Assembly: GCA_023150875.1 (NCBI GenBank)
Contig: JAKLKC010000024.1
Location: 9,119-73,118 of the forward strand
Length of the DNA stretch: 64,000 bases
Direction of reading: 5' to 3'
From: Myxococcota bacterium
GTDB lineage: Bacteria > Myxococcota_A > UBA796 > UBA9615 > JAKLKC01
The notes below the pieces were generated by a model. That model did no database searches. It saw nothing but the letters and a program-made list of their open reading frames with translations, and had not been told where the DNA came from. Positions 9,288 to 17,586 of this stretch are shown one piece after another. The stretch's first letter is position 1; each line of letters begins with the position of its first letter. The translations under genes and the position numbers were made by a program.

Positions 9288-9577
9288 ACCACATCGAGCA
9301 TCGCCCCCACCACCTCGCCGACGTCGAGCGCCGTCGAGTCGATGCGCACCGCGTCATGCGCGGGGCGGAGGGGGGCGACGTCCCGCGTCGAGTCCTGGAG
9401 GTCCCGCTGGCGGATGTCCGCGGTGACCGCGGCCAGGGAGCGCCGCTCGCCCCGGGCCTGGAGGTCGCGCAGCCGGCGCCGCCCCCGCTCCTCCGCCAGC
9501 GGCTCCAGGTAGATGTAGCCCAGCGCCCCGGCGAGCGCCTGGGCGACCGTGCTCTTCACGTCGGAGTCGGGGCCCGC
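9269..9577 (-). pseudogene. cmk: Cytidylate kinase remnant (degenerate P-loop, central deletion)
   Basis: GPDSDVKSTVAQALAGALGYIYL joined directly to EERGRRR...RQRDLQDSTRDVAPLRPAHDAVRIDST; the central CMP-binding region is missing. Confidence 0.75.
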
Positions 9578-9606
9578 CCGAGGCGAGGCGGGGGGGGCCG
9601 GTGTCG

Positions 9607-9647
9607 TTGCCCGGCCCGTCGCCTGTGGCTACAATGGCCGCAGGAGG
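9607..9647 (+). promoter_or_regulatory. Sigma70-type promoter and RBS of TA operon
   Basis: TTGCCC-N17-TACAAT (9607-9635); AGGAGG at 9642-9647 before GTG 9654. Confidence 0.7.
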
Positions 9648-9653
9648 TGCATC

Positions 9654-9941
9654 GTGTCCGTCGTCAGCACCCGTGTCCTGAAGGATCGTCTGTCGCACTA
9701 CCTGCATCGGGCCGAAGCCGGGGAGCGCATCGTCGTCCTGCGCGATGGTCGCCCGGTGGTGGCGCTCGTTGCCGCGGACCGGCTCCCGGAGCCGGACGAC
9801 GACGCCATCCTTGCCGACCTTGCGGCCGAGGGCCTGGTGGAGCTGCCGGTGGCGGGGAGCGCCAGGGGTTTCGCCGGACCGGTGCTGCCGGATGACGGAC
9901 TCCGGCCCCTGTCCATGACCGTGATCGAGGACCGGACCTGA
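9654..9941 (+). CDS. vapB: Phd/YefM-family antitoxin
   Basis: VSTRVLKDRLSHYLHRAEAGERIVVLRDGRPVVALV; TGATG coupling to a PIN gene. Confidence 0.85.
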   Translation: MSVVSTRVLKDRLSHYLHRAEAGERIVVLRDGRPVVALVAADRLPEPDDDAILADLAAEGLVELPVAGSARGFAGPVLPDDGLRPLSMTVIEDRT

Positions 9942-10384
9942 TGTTGTTCGCGGACACGAGCGCCCTGGTGAAGCTGTACGTTGCCGAGGCGGGGTCCGAG
10001 CAGATGCGTGCGTGGACGGATGGCCAGTCCGTAGCGGTCAGCGTACTCGCGTACGCCGAGGCGCACGCGGCGTTCGCGCGCCACCGGCGCGAGGGGCGGT
10101 GGGACGATCAGGCTCACCAGCAGCTTGCCGGCCAGTTCGACGCAGAGTGGTCCGGGCTCGTCCGGGTGCCCCTCGCGGATGCCACCCTTTCCACCATCCC
10201 CGCGCTGTGTGCGAGGCACCCCCTTCGCGCGGGGGACGCGGTCCAGCTTGCCAGTGCGCTGGTGCTCTCCGCGCGCGGGCTCCCGGTGACGTTCGCGAGC
10301 GCCGACGCGCGCTTGCTTGCAGCGGCACGAGGCGAGTCGCTGGCGGTCCGGGATCCGTGTGCACAGGTGTTGCCAGCGCGGTAA
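9941..10384 (+). CDS. vapC: PIN-domain ribonuclease toxin
   Basis: ADTSALVKLY, LAYAE, LRAGDAVQLASA, FASADARL. Confidence 0.88.
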   Translation: MLFADTSALVKLYVAEAGSEQMRAWTDGQSVAVSVLAYAEAHAAFARHRREGRWDDQAHQQLAGQFDAEWSGLVRVPLADATLSTIPALCARHPLRAGDAVQLASALVLSARGLPVTFASADARLLAAARGESLAVRDPCAQVLPAR

Positions 10385-10470
10385 TCGAGGCGCGCGGGCG
10401 GCGGCGACCGGTCCTCGGCCATCGACGTCCTCGTCGTGCACACGCCTGACCGAACCACGCCTCGTCGGTC

Positions 10471-10495
10471 CCCCGCTCAAGCCAGGCCCGCCCGC
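10471..10495 (+). repeat. 25-bp direct repeat, copy 2
   Basis: ccccgctcaagccaggcccgcccgc. Confidence 0.75.
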
Positions 10496-10503
10496 GCCGA
10501 TGA
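10477..10503 (+). promoter_or_regulatory. Sigma28 (FliA)-type promoter
   Basis: TCAAG-N14-GCCGATGA, 21 nt upstream of ATG 10525; the genome carries flagellar genes. Confidence 0.55.
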
Positions 10504-10524
10504 GGGGCCGACGAGGGCCTTCCG

Positions 10525-13500
10525 ATGCGCGTCCACCCCGTGTCCCCGGCGGTGCCGGGGCGTCGCTCCGCATTCCGCATCGCGGTCGCCGCCGCGTCCG
10601 CGCTCCTCGCGTTCCGGGGCGGTGAAGCGGTCGCGGTCCAGGCGTACCTGGAGGACCCCACGGCCTACGGGGACGCCGCGGCGGCGGTGCCCCGGGGGAT
10701 CGAGCAGGCGGTGGGCTTCGAGGAGCCCGACGTCTCCCTCGGCCAGGTCCTCACCACCCAGTACACCGCCCGGGGCGTGACGTTCGCGGGCAGCCGGTCG
10801 TTGCGGATCGTCGACAACGTCGAGGAGAGCTGGCCCCGGGGGCTCCTGGCCGCCGGCATCGACTTCGGCGCGGGGACCAGCGAGATCCGCATCGCCTTCC
10901 TCGTCGATCCCCAGCACGCGGTCTCGCTGTACGTGCTGGACGTGAACCAGCTCGTCGTCGAGGGGTGGGCGGGCGGCGTGGTGGTGGAGAGCGCCACGGT
11001 CTCCCCCGGCGCCGAGGACCTGCCCTCGGGACGCTTCCTGGGGCTGGTGTTCGACGGCCCCGTCGAGGAGGTGGTCCTCCGCTCCGCCACCGTCTCCGAC
11101 GGCTTCGGCATCGACGACCTCGCCTTCGCCGAGCCCGGGACCATCGACAACGACGGGGACGGCCAGACCGACGCCGAGGGCGACTGCGACGACCTGGACG
11201 CCGCGGTGGACGGGGTCGACGGGGACGGGGACGGCGTCACCTCCTGCGACGGGGACTGCGACGACGCCGATCCCTCGGTCCATTCCGGCGCGGTGGAGGC
11301 CTGTGACGGCCGGGACGACGACTGCGACGGCCAGGTGGACGAGGGGTTCGACGCCGACCTGGACGGGTACACCACCTGCGCGGGCGACTGCGACGACACC
11401 CGGGCCACCGTTCGCCCCGGGGCGGTGGAGACGTGCAACGACCGGGACGACGACTGCGACGGCGCGGTGGACGAGGGGTTCGACGCCGACGGCGACGGGT
11501 CCACCACCTGCGGCGGCGACTGCGACGACGGCCAGGCGTCCCGCCACCCCGGCGCCCCCGAGGCGTGCGACGGGGTGGACCAGGACTGCGATGGGCAGGT
11601 GGACGAGGACTTCGACGCCGATGGCGACGGCCACCGGACCTGCGACGGGGACTGCGACGACGGCCGGGCGGACGTGAACCCCGGCGCCGCCGAGACCTGC
11701 GACGGCGCCGACCAGGACTGCGACGGAGAGGTGGACGAGGGCTTCGACGGCGACGGAGACGGCTTCGCCGCCTGCGACGACTGCGACGACGCCGATCCCG
11801 CGGCGCACCCCGGCGCGGCCGAGGCGTGCGACGGGCTGGACCAGGACTGCGACGGCCTGGTGGACGAGGACTTCGACCAGGACGGCGACGGCGCGACCTC
11901 CTGCGACGGGGACTGCGACGACACGGACCCGTGGATCGCCCCCGGCGCCTACGACGCGTGCGGCGACGGGGTCGACGGGGACTGCGACGGGACCGTGGAC
12001 GACGGCCGGGCCGAGGAGTGCAATGGCCTGGACGACGACTGCGACGGCCTCGCCGACGAGGACTTCGACGCCGACGGGGACGGCTTCACCACCTGCGAGG
12101 GGGACTGCGACGACGCCTCCCCCACCACCTGGCCCGGCGCGGAGGAGCTGTGCGACGGGGTGGACCAGGACTGCGACGGCGACGTGTCGGAGGAGGTCGA
12201 CGGGGACCAGGACGGCCAGGCCCCCTGCGGGGGGGACTGCGACGACGCCACCGCCGGGATCGGCCCGGGACGGTTGGAGATCTGCGACGGGGAGGACCAG
12301 GACTGCGACGGCCGGGTGGACGAGGGCTGTGTCGACACCGGCGAGCTGACCGCCACCTACGAGCTCCGGGGGGGCGGCTGCCTGTGCGCGGGGGCCGGGG
12401 CGGGCGCGACGCCCCCTCCGGCGGCGGCGCTGGCGGCGGCCCTGCTGGGGCTGGCGGGGGCGAGGCGGCGGCGGGGGAGGGCCGGGACCCGCGCCGCGGG
12501 CGTGTGGGGGGCCGCGGCCCTGGCCCTGGCGCCCTCGGCGGCGGCCGCCGGGGAGGACGAGGGACCCGACCGGGGCCTCCCCTCGGAGCGCATGGAGCTC
12601 CCCATCGACGGGGGCCCCTTCGCGGTGGGGGAGGCGGCGGAGATCCTGGAGCCCCTGGAGGTCCGGGCGGCGCTGCTGGTCCACTACAGCCACGCGCCCC
12701 TGGTCTCCTGGGACGCCGTGGCGGAGGAGGAGCGGGAGGTCGTGGCCCACCGGGTCGGGGCCGACCTGGCGGCGGGGATCGGCCTGGCCCCCTTCGCCTC
12801 CCTGGGGATGCGGCTGCCGGTGACCCTGTGGCAGGCGGGGACCGATCCCGACTCCCTGGAGTCCCTGTCGGGGGCGGGGATCGGGGACCTCTGCATCGCG
12901 GGGCGCTTCCGGCTGCTGGAGCAGGGGCGCGCGCCCATCGGCCTGGCGGTGGGGGTGCCCCTGACGGTCCCCACCGGCAACGAGGGGGGGTGGCTGGGGG
13001 AGGCGGGTCCAAGCTTCTCGCCCCAGGTGACGGTGGACCGGCGGGCGGGGAGGCTGCGGGTGGCGGGCACCCTGGGGGCGAGGCTCCGGGCGCCGGAACA
13101 GGTGGGCACGGTGACCCTGGGCCCCGAGCTGCTCTACCGGGCGGGGCTGGCGGTGGACCTGGCGCGGGGGCTGACGGTGGCCACCGAGGTCGCCGGGGCG
13201 GTGGGGGGCGCCGCCGACAACAGCCCCCTGGAGTGGCTGACGACCCTCGCCTGGACGCACCCCCGGGGCGTGGAGGCGGCGGCGGGGGCGGGCTTCGGCG
13301 TACTGCCCGGGTTCGGCACCCCCGACGTCCGGATCTACGCCCGGGTCGCGTGGAACGTGCCGGTGGGACGGCGGCCCGCGAGCCCCCGCGCCCCCGTGGT
13401 CCTGGAGGAGGGGGCGGAGGGCGCGGAGGTCGCGGCGACGGCGGTGGCGCTGGTGAAGGAGAGGCGGCTGCTCCTCGCCGACGCCGTGCGGTTCGACGTG

Positions 13501-13860
13501 GGGCGCTCCGCCATCGAGGCGTCGTTCCGTCCGGCGCTGCTGGCGGTGGCCCGGTGGCTGGGCGCCCACCCCGAGGTGGCCCGCCTGAGGATCGAGGGAC
13601 ACGCCGACCACGTGGGGACCGACGCCTACAACCTGGACCTCTCCCGGAGGCGGGCCTCGGCGGTGCGGGAGTTCCTGGTGCGGGAGGGCCGCGTGGACCC
13701 CCTCCGCCTGGAGGCCCGGGCGTTCGGCGAGGGACGCCCCGCGGCGTCCAACGGCACCGAGGAGGGGAGGGCGGTCAACCGGCGCGTGGAGTTCTTCGCC
13801 TCCGCCCCGCCGCCCGAGCCCGCGCCGACTGCCCACGCCGGGGACGACGGGGGCGGCTGA
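10525..13860 (+). CDS. Secreted protein with MopE-type putative metal-binding repeats, internal MYXO-CTERM-like segment, OM barrel and OmpA peptidoglycan-binding domain
   Basis: Signal peptide; about 9-10 DCDD..PGA.E.CDG.D.DCDG repeats; GGGCLC..TM..RRRR; C-terminal IEGHADHVGTDAYNLDLSRRRA...NRRVEF. Confidence 0.85.
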   Translation: MRVHPVSPAVPGRRSAFRIAVAAASALLAFRGGEAVAVQAYLEDPTAYGDAAAAVPRGIEQAVGFEEPDVSLGQVLTTQYTARGVTFAGSRSLRIVDNVEESWPRGLLAAGIDFGAGTSEIRIAFLVDPQHAVSLYVLDVNQLVVEGWAGGVVVESATVSPGAEDLPSGRFLGLVFDGPVEEVVLRSATVSDGFGIDDLAFAEPGTIDNDGDGQTDAEGDCDDLDAAVDGVDGDGDGVTSCDGDCDDADPSVHSGAVEACDGRDDDCDGQVDEGFDADLDGYTTCAGDCDDTRATVRPGAVETCNDRDDDCDGAVDEGFDADGDGSTTCGGDCDDGQASRHPGAPEACDGVDQDCDGQVDEDFDADGDGHRTCDGDCDDGRADVNPGAAETCDGADQDCDGEVDEGFDGDGDGFAACDDCDDADPAAHPGAAEACDGLDQDCDGLVDEDFDQDGDGATSCDGDCDDTDPWIAPGAYDACGDGVDGDCDGTVDDGRAEECNGLDDDCDGLADEDFDADGDGFTTCEGDCDDASPTTWPGAEELCDGVDQDCDGDVSEEVDGDQDGQAPCGGDCDDATAGIGPGRLEICDGEDQDCDGRVDEGCVDTGELTATYELRGGGCLCAGAGAGATPPPAAALAAALLGLAGARRRRGRAGTRAAGVWGAAALALAPSAAAAGEDEGPDRGLPSERMELPIDGGPFAVGEAAEILEPLEVRAALLVHYSHAPLVSWDAVAEEEREVVAHRVGADLAAGIGLAPFASLGMRLPVTLWQAGTDPDSLESLSGAGIGDLCIAGRFRLLEQGRAPIGLAVGVPLTVPTGNEGGWLGEAGPSFSPQVTVDRRAGRLRVAGTLGARLRAPEQVGTVTLGPELLYRAGLAVDLARGLTVATEVAGAVGGAADNSPLEWLTTLAWTHPRGVEAAAGAGFGVLPGFGTPDVRIYARVAWNVPVGRRPASPRAPVVLEEGAEGAEVAATAVALVKERRLLLADAVRFDVGRSAIEASFRPALLAVARWLGAHPEVARLRIEGHADHVGTDAYNLDLSRRRASAVREFLVREGRVDPLRLEARAFGEGRPAASNGTEEGRAVNRRVEFFASAPPPEPAPTAHAGDDGGG
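11146..12330 (+). repeat. Intragenic Asp/Cys-rich repeats (~120-bp units)
   Basis: Repeated gactgcgacgac / gactgcgacggc blocks encoding MopE-type motifs. Confidence 0.85.
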
Positions 13861-13871
13861 CGGCGGACCCA

Positions 13872-14807
13872 CTACTCCCCGTTGATCCGTCCCTCCCCGA
13901 GGCGGCGCCGGATGGACGCCCACCCGGACCGCAGGCGGCTCCCGGCGGTCGCGTCCCGGGGGGCGAGAAGGGCGGCGGGATCGAGGAGGGGGTAGAGGCG
14001 GTCCGCCAGGCGGATCCCCACCGCGGAGAACGCCATCCCGGCGAAGATGTCGATGGCGTAGTGGTAGCGGCAGTACACGGTCGAGACCGTCACCCCCAGC
14101 GTGAACGGCAGGCAGACCCAGGCGTAGCGCCGGTCGTAGGCCCGCAGCGAGGCCCAGCAGGTCCACGCCACGGCGACGTGGGAGCTGGGGAAGGCGCCGC
14201 CGAAGTGGTGGGTCTTCGCGTAGATGTAGTCCATGACCGCGACGAAGGGCGTGGCCTGTAGGTAGTCGTCGCCCCGCAGGGCGTGGGGACCCGCCACCGG
14301 GAGCGCGATGTAGACCAGGGAGGCCATGATCCACACCACCGCGAGGCGGATCTGCAGGCGGTAGAGGGCGGGGTGGCTCCGCAGCTCCAAGGCGAGGGCC
14401 GAGCCCGCGATGATGGGGAAGTAGCTGAAGTAGAAGAGGTGCATGGCCTCGTTGAACCAGGGCCACGGGAGCGCCTCCCGCATCCACCACGCCGGCTCGA
14501 CGCCGAGGAACAGCCGCCTCTCGAACTCCCGGAACTCCGGGTCCAGGAACACGGGGTGCAGCAGCCCGCTCAGGCGGCAGATGTCCAGGAACGCCTGGGG
14601 CATCAGGAAGAAGCCGTAGTTCCGGCGGAGCAGGCGGAGGGGGCCCGGGAGCCGGTCGTAGGTGGCCGCCAGCAGCACGATCCCCCCCGCCACCAGCAGG
14701 TAGCCCACCACCGAGCTCCCCACCACCGCGGTCGGCGGGACCACGAAGGAGTGCACGCCGGCGAGGAACACGCACCAGCCGACGATGAGGAGGTCAATCG
14801 GTCCCAT
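13872..14807 (-). CDS. PAP2/AUR1-like membrane phosphatase or phosphotransferase
   Basis: YFSYF, LPVAGP, AFPSSHVA, STVYCRYHYAIDIFAG; multiple TM helices. Confidence 0.85.
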   Translation of the reverse strand: MGPIDLLIVGWCVFLAGVHSFVVPPTAVVGSSVVGYLLVAGGIVLLAATYDRLPGPLRLLRRNYGFFLMPQAFLDICRLSGLLHPVFLDPEFREFERRLFLGVEPAWWMREALPWPWFNEAMHLFYFSYFPIIAGSALALELRSHPALYRLQIRLAVVWIMASLVYIALPVAGPHALRGDDYLQATPFVAVMDYIYAKTHHFGGAFPSSHVAVAWTCWASLRAYDRRYAWVCLPFTLGVTVSTVYCRYHYAIDIFAGMAFSAVGIRLADRLYPLLDPAALLAPRDATAGSRLRSGWASIRRRLGEGRINGE

Positions 14808-15050
14808 CGGGATTCCCCCGTCAGGTCCGGCCGTAGCCCAGCAATCATCGGGCCAGGGGGCCGGCGGGCCGGGCCGGCGGTGGCCGGCGGGCACAGGCGG
14901 GTTCTATGACAATTCGGGGGCGTTTTAAAGACTCCGGCGCCCCCCGTCCACCCCCGGGGGAGTGGAAGGGCCCCGCCCGTTCCCGGAGCGCCCCCCCGCG
15001 GGGCCGGCTCCGTTCCCGGGGGGAGCGCGGAGGGGACCCCGTCTTCGGCG

Positions 15051-15079
15051 TTGACACCCCTCGCCCCGGGCGCGATCAT
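15051..15079 (+). promoter_or_regulatory. Possible sigma70 promoter of the three-gene cluster
   Basis: TTGACA-N17-GATCAT. Confidence 0.45.
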
Positions 15080-15224
15080 CGCGCCGCGCGCGGTCGCGAC
15101 GGCCGCCGCGATCCGCCCCGAGGGGGGGCATCCGTCCGTTCATCCGAGTCCGGCACCCGAGCCCACCGGCGCGATGGCGCGCGCGGCGGGCCCGCGGCCG
15201 TCCGGACCCCAAGGGAGGCCGCTC

Positions 15225-15932
15225 ATGCGCCGCAAGCTCTTCGCGTCACTGTCGTTCGCCGCGTGCCTGGTCGCGGTCCCCGCGGTCGTCATGGCCGGCT
15301 TCCCCCGCCCGCCGGTGCCCGGCGGGTCCGGTGGGGGCACGGGGATCCAGGCGGTCCTGGACCTGGGCGAGGGGATCTCGTTCCGGTTCTACGTGGCCGC
15401 CCGCGCCGCCATCCGCGCCGAGTTCGTGCTGATGGAGGCCGCCGGCCTCGCCGAGAAGGTGGCGGTCCTCGAGAAGAAGCTCTCGAACATCGAGAACTCC
15501 TCCGACGACGTCGAGAAGGCCGCGGTCGCCGGCGAGGTGATGAGCGAGACCGACAAGCTCGCCGAGGAGTCCCGCCAGGCCCTCGCCAAGAAGGAGAGCC
15601 TCTCCGACGACGAGAAGGAGCAGATCCGCAGGGCCGACCAGCTCCACTTCTGGGCGGGGCTCAACCTCGCCGCCATCGGGCTCGACATCGCCGCGGCGTC
15701 GGTGAAGGTGACCAACGCCATGCTCCACGCCAACCCCATCGCCGAGGCCACCCAGCTCGGCAAGCTCAAGCGGATCGACAAGGCGTTCAAGACCGCCGAG
15801 TCGAACCGCAAGGCGTTCGAGTCCTCCAAGAAGCGCAACGACGAGCTGATGGACCAGATCTACAAGGCCCACCAGATCGAGAAGCCCGACATGGCCTCCG
15901 TGAAGGCCGAGGACAAGGAGCCCGAGCTGTGA
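15225..15932 (+). CDS. Secreted helical Lys/Glu-rich hypothetical protein
   Basis: RBS GGGAGG; signal MRRKLFASLSFAACLVAVPAVVMA; strong codon bias. Confidence 0.8.
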   Translation: MRRKLFASLSFAACLVAVPAVVMAGFPRPPVPGGSGGGTGIQAVLDLGEGISFRFYVAARAAIRAEFVLMEAAGLAEKVAVLEKKLSNIENSSDDVEKAAVAGEVMSETDKLAEESRQALAKKESLSDDEKEQIRRADQLHFWAGLNLAAIGLDIAAASVKVTNAMLHANPIAEATQLGKLKRIDKAFKTAESNRKAFESSKKRNDELMDQIYKAHQIEKPDMASVKAEDKEPEL

Positions 15933-17500
15933 GGCCCGCCTCCGCGACCCGCCGGCTGGCGTCGTTCCTCGCCCTGGTCCTGGCCGCGCTGTGGATCGGC
16001 GCCCCCGCGGCCCTCGCCGCCGAGGTCCCCTTCGTCGGGCAGGGCAAGGCGAACTACCTCAAGAAGAAGGAGGCGATGCGCGCCCGCTCCGAGGCCCTGG
16101 ACTCCGCCACCGCCGACGCCGTCAAGAAGGCGCTGCCCCGCTACGTCCCCAAGGACATGCTGGCGGAGCGCCAGGAGGAGATCGAGTCCCAGGTGCTCCC
16201 CCTCTCGGTGGGTTTCGTCAAGCGCACCGAGATAGTGAAGGAGGAGGACGTCGACAAGTGCTACACCATCACGGTGAAGGCCTGGATCGACGAGGCCACC
16301 CTGAGGCAGAGCCTGGACGGCCTCGGCTTCAGCCAGGACGTCTCGTCGCGGCGTTCCATCGCGGTGATCGTCGACGAGTTCTTCCAGGGGGACCAGAAGC
16401 CCCAGGACCCCAACACGCCCATCCTCAAGAAGAAGGTGGACATCGAGAAGTACGACGAGTCGTACGACCGCTCGGTGGACGCCAGCCACGACCGCTCCGT
16501 CGACGCCCGGGCGCGCTCGTCGGTGGCGGCGTCCCACGACGCCTCGGTGAACGCCTCGGCCCGCACCTCGGGGGCGGTGGTCACCGGGCGGGGGGCGGCC
16601 TACGGCTCGGCGTCGGGCAGCGTGAGCGCCGCGGAGTCCGACCGCTACGCCGCCAGCCGCAGCGCCTCCTACTCCGAGAAGGAGAAGGACCGCTACAAGG
16701 AGAGGGAGAGCGCCCGCGCCAGCGCGTTCAAGATGCACGTCGAGGAGTACTTCCCCCCGACGCTGCTCCAGATCAAGAGCCCCGATCCCGCCAGCCGCGC
16801 CGCCTTCGAGAAGCGCATGCTGGAGCGGGACGTGCGGATCGTGGACCAGAAGACCGTGGACGCCGTGCGCTCGGAGCTGATCGGCCCCAAGGGGGTCGTC
16901 ACCGACGTGCTCAAGGACGAGCAGATGCTCGCCAAGAAGGCGATGAGCCTCGGCGAGAAGTACGGCGCCGACGCCATCGCCGTGGGCGTGGCGACGGTGG
17001 TGTACGAGGGCGAGAAGGGCGGCGTCCACAGCTCCAAGACGGGCCTCGCCATCCGGGTGATCGACACCGCCACCGGCGACGTGCTCGCCAGCCAGATCGC
17101 GGTGCAGGGGGGCGTCTCCTCCAGCGCCACCGCCTCGGGCCAGAGCTCCGCCACCCGGGTCGGCGACGTGCTGGGCCAGGAGATCTCCGAGCAGCTCTTC
17201 CAGTACTGGAAGAACCGCGACGAGAAGGGCATCGAGGTCACGGTCCGGATCGCCGGCCTCGCCAACACCCGCCAGAAGCTCGCCGCCCTGGACGCCATCA
17301 CCGCCACCGAGGGGGTCGTGGAGGTCGAGGAGAGGTCCTACGACAACCAGAACGGCCTGGTGGAGTTCGTCCTGACCACGAAGCTGAACGTGGCCAAGGT
17401 CAAGAACGGCGTGCTGAGGTCCCTCTACAAGGTCGAGGGGTTGGAGGGCCTGGAGGAGGAGATGTCCCTGGGCGCCAACATCAGCCTCGTCCGCCACTGA
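15929..17500 (+). CDS. Secreted FlgT-N/CsgG-like protein with long Ser/Asp/Ala insertion
   Basis: GTGA overlap; signal peptide; ARSEALDSATADAV...YTITVKAWID (FlgT-N-like); ADAIAVG...IRVIDTATGDVLA (CsgG/FlgT-M-like). Confidence 0.75.
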   Translation: MRPASATRRLASFLALVLAALWIGAPAALAAEVPFVGQGKANYLKKKEAMRARSEALDSATADAVKKALPRYVPKDMLAERQEEIESQVLPLSVGFVKRTEIVKEEDVDKCYTITVKAWIDEATLRQSLDGLGFSQDVSSRRSIAVIVDEFFQGDQKPQDPNTPILKKKVDIEKYDESYDRSVDASHDRSVDARARSSVAASHDASVNASARTSGAVVTGRGAAYGSASGSVSAAESDRYAASRSASYSEKEKDRYKERESARASAFKMHVEEYFPPTLLQIKSPDPASRAAFEKRMLERDVRIVDQKTVDAVRSELIGPKGVVTDVLKDEQMLAKKAMSLGEKYGADAIAVGVATVVYEGEKGGVHSSKTGLAIRVIDTATGDVLASQIAVQGGVSSSATASGQSSATRVGDVLGQEISEQLFQYWKNRDEKGIEVTVRIAGLANTRQKLAALDAITATEGVVEVEERSYDNQNGLVEFVLTTKLNVAKVKNGVLRSLYKVEGLEGLEEEMSLGANISLVRH

Positions 17501-17586
17501 CCCGCGCCGGGGAGGTCGGCGCTCCGCCTCCGGCCGGGCGCCGGCCTCCCCTCCCCACCGCCCTTCGTCCCCCTTCCGAGGTCCCC

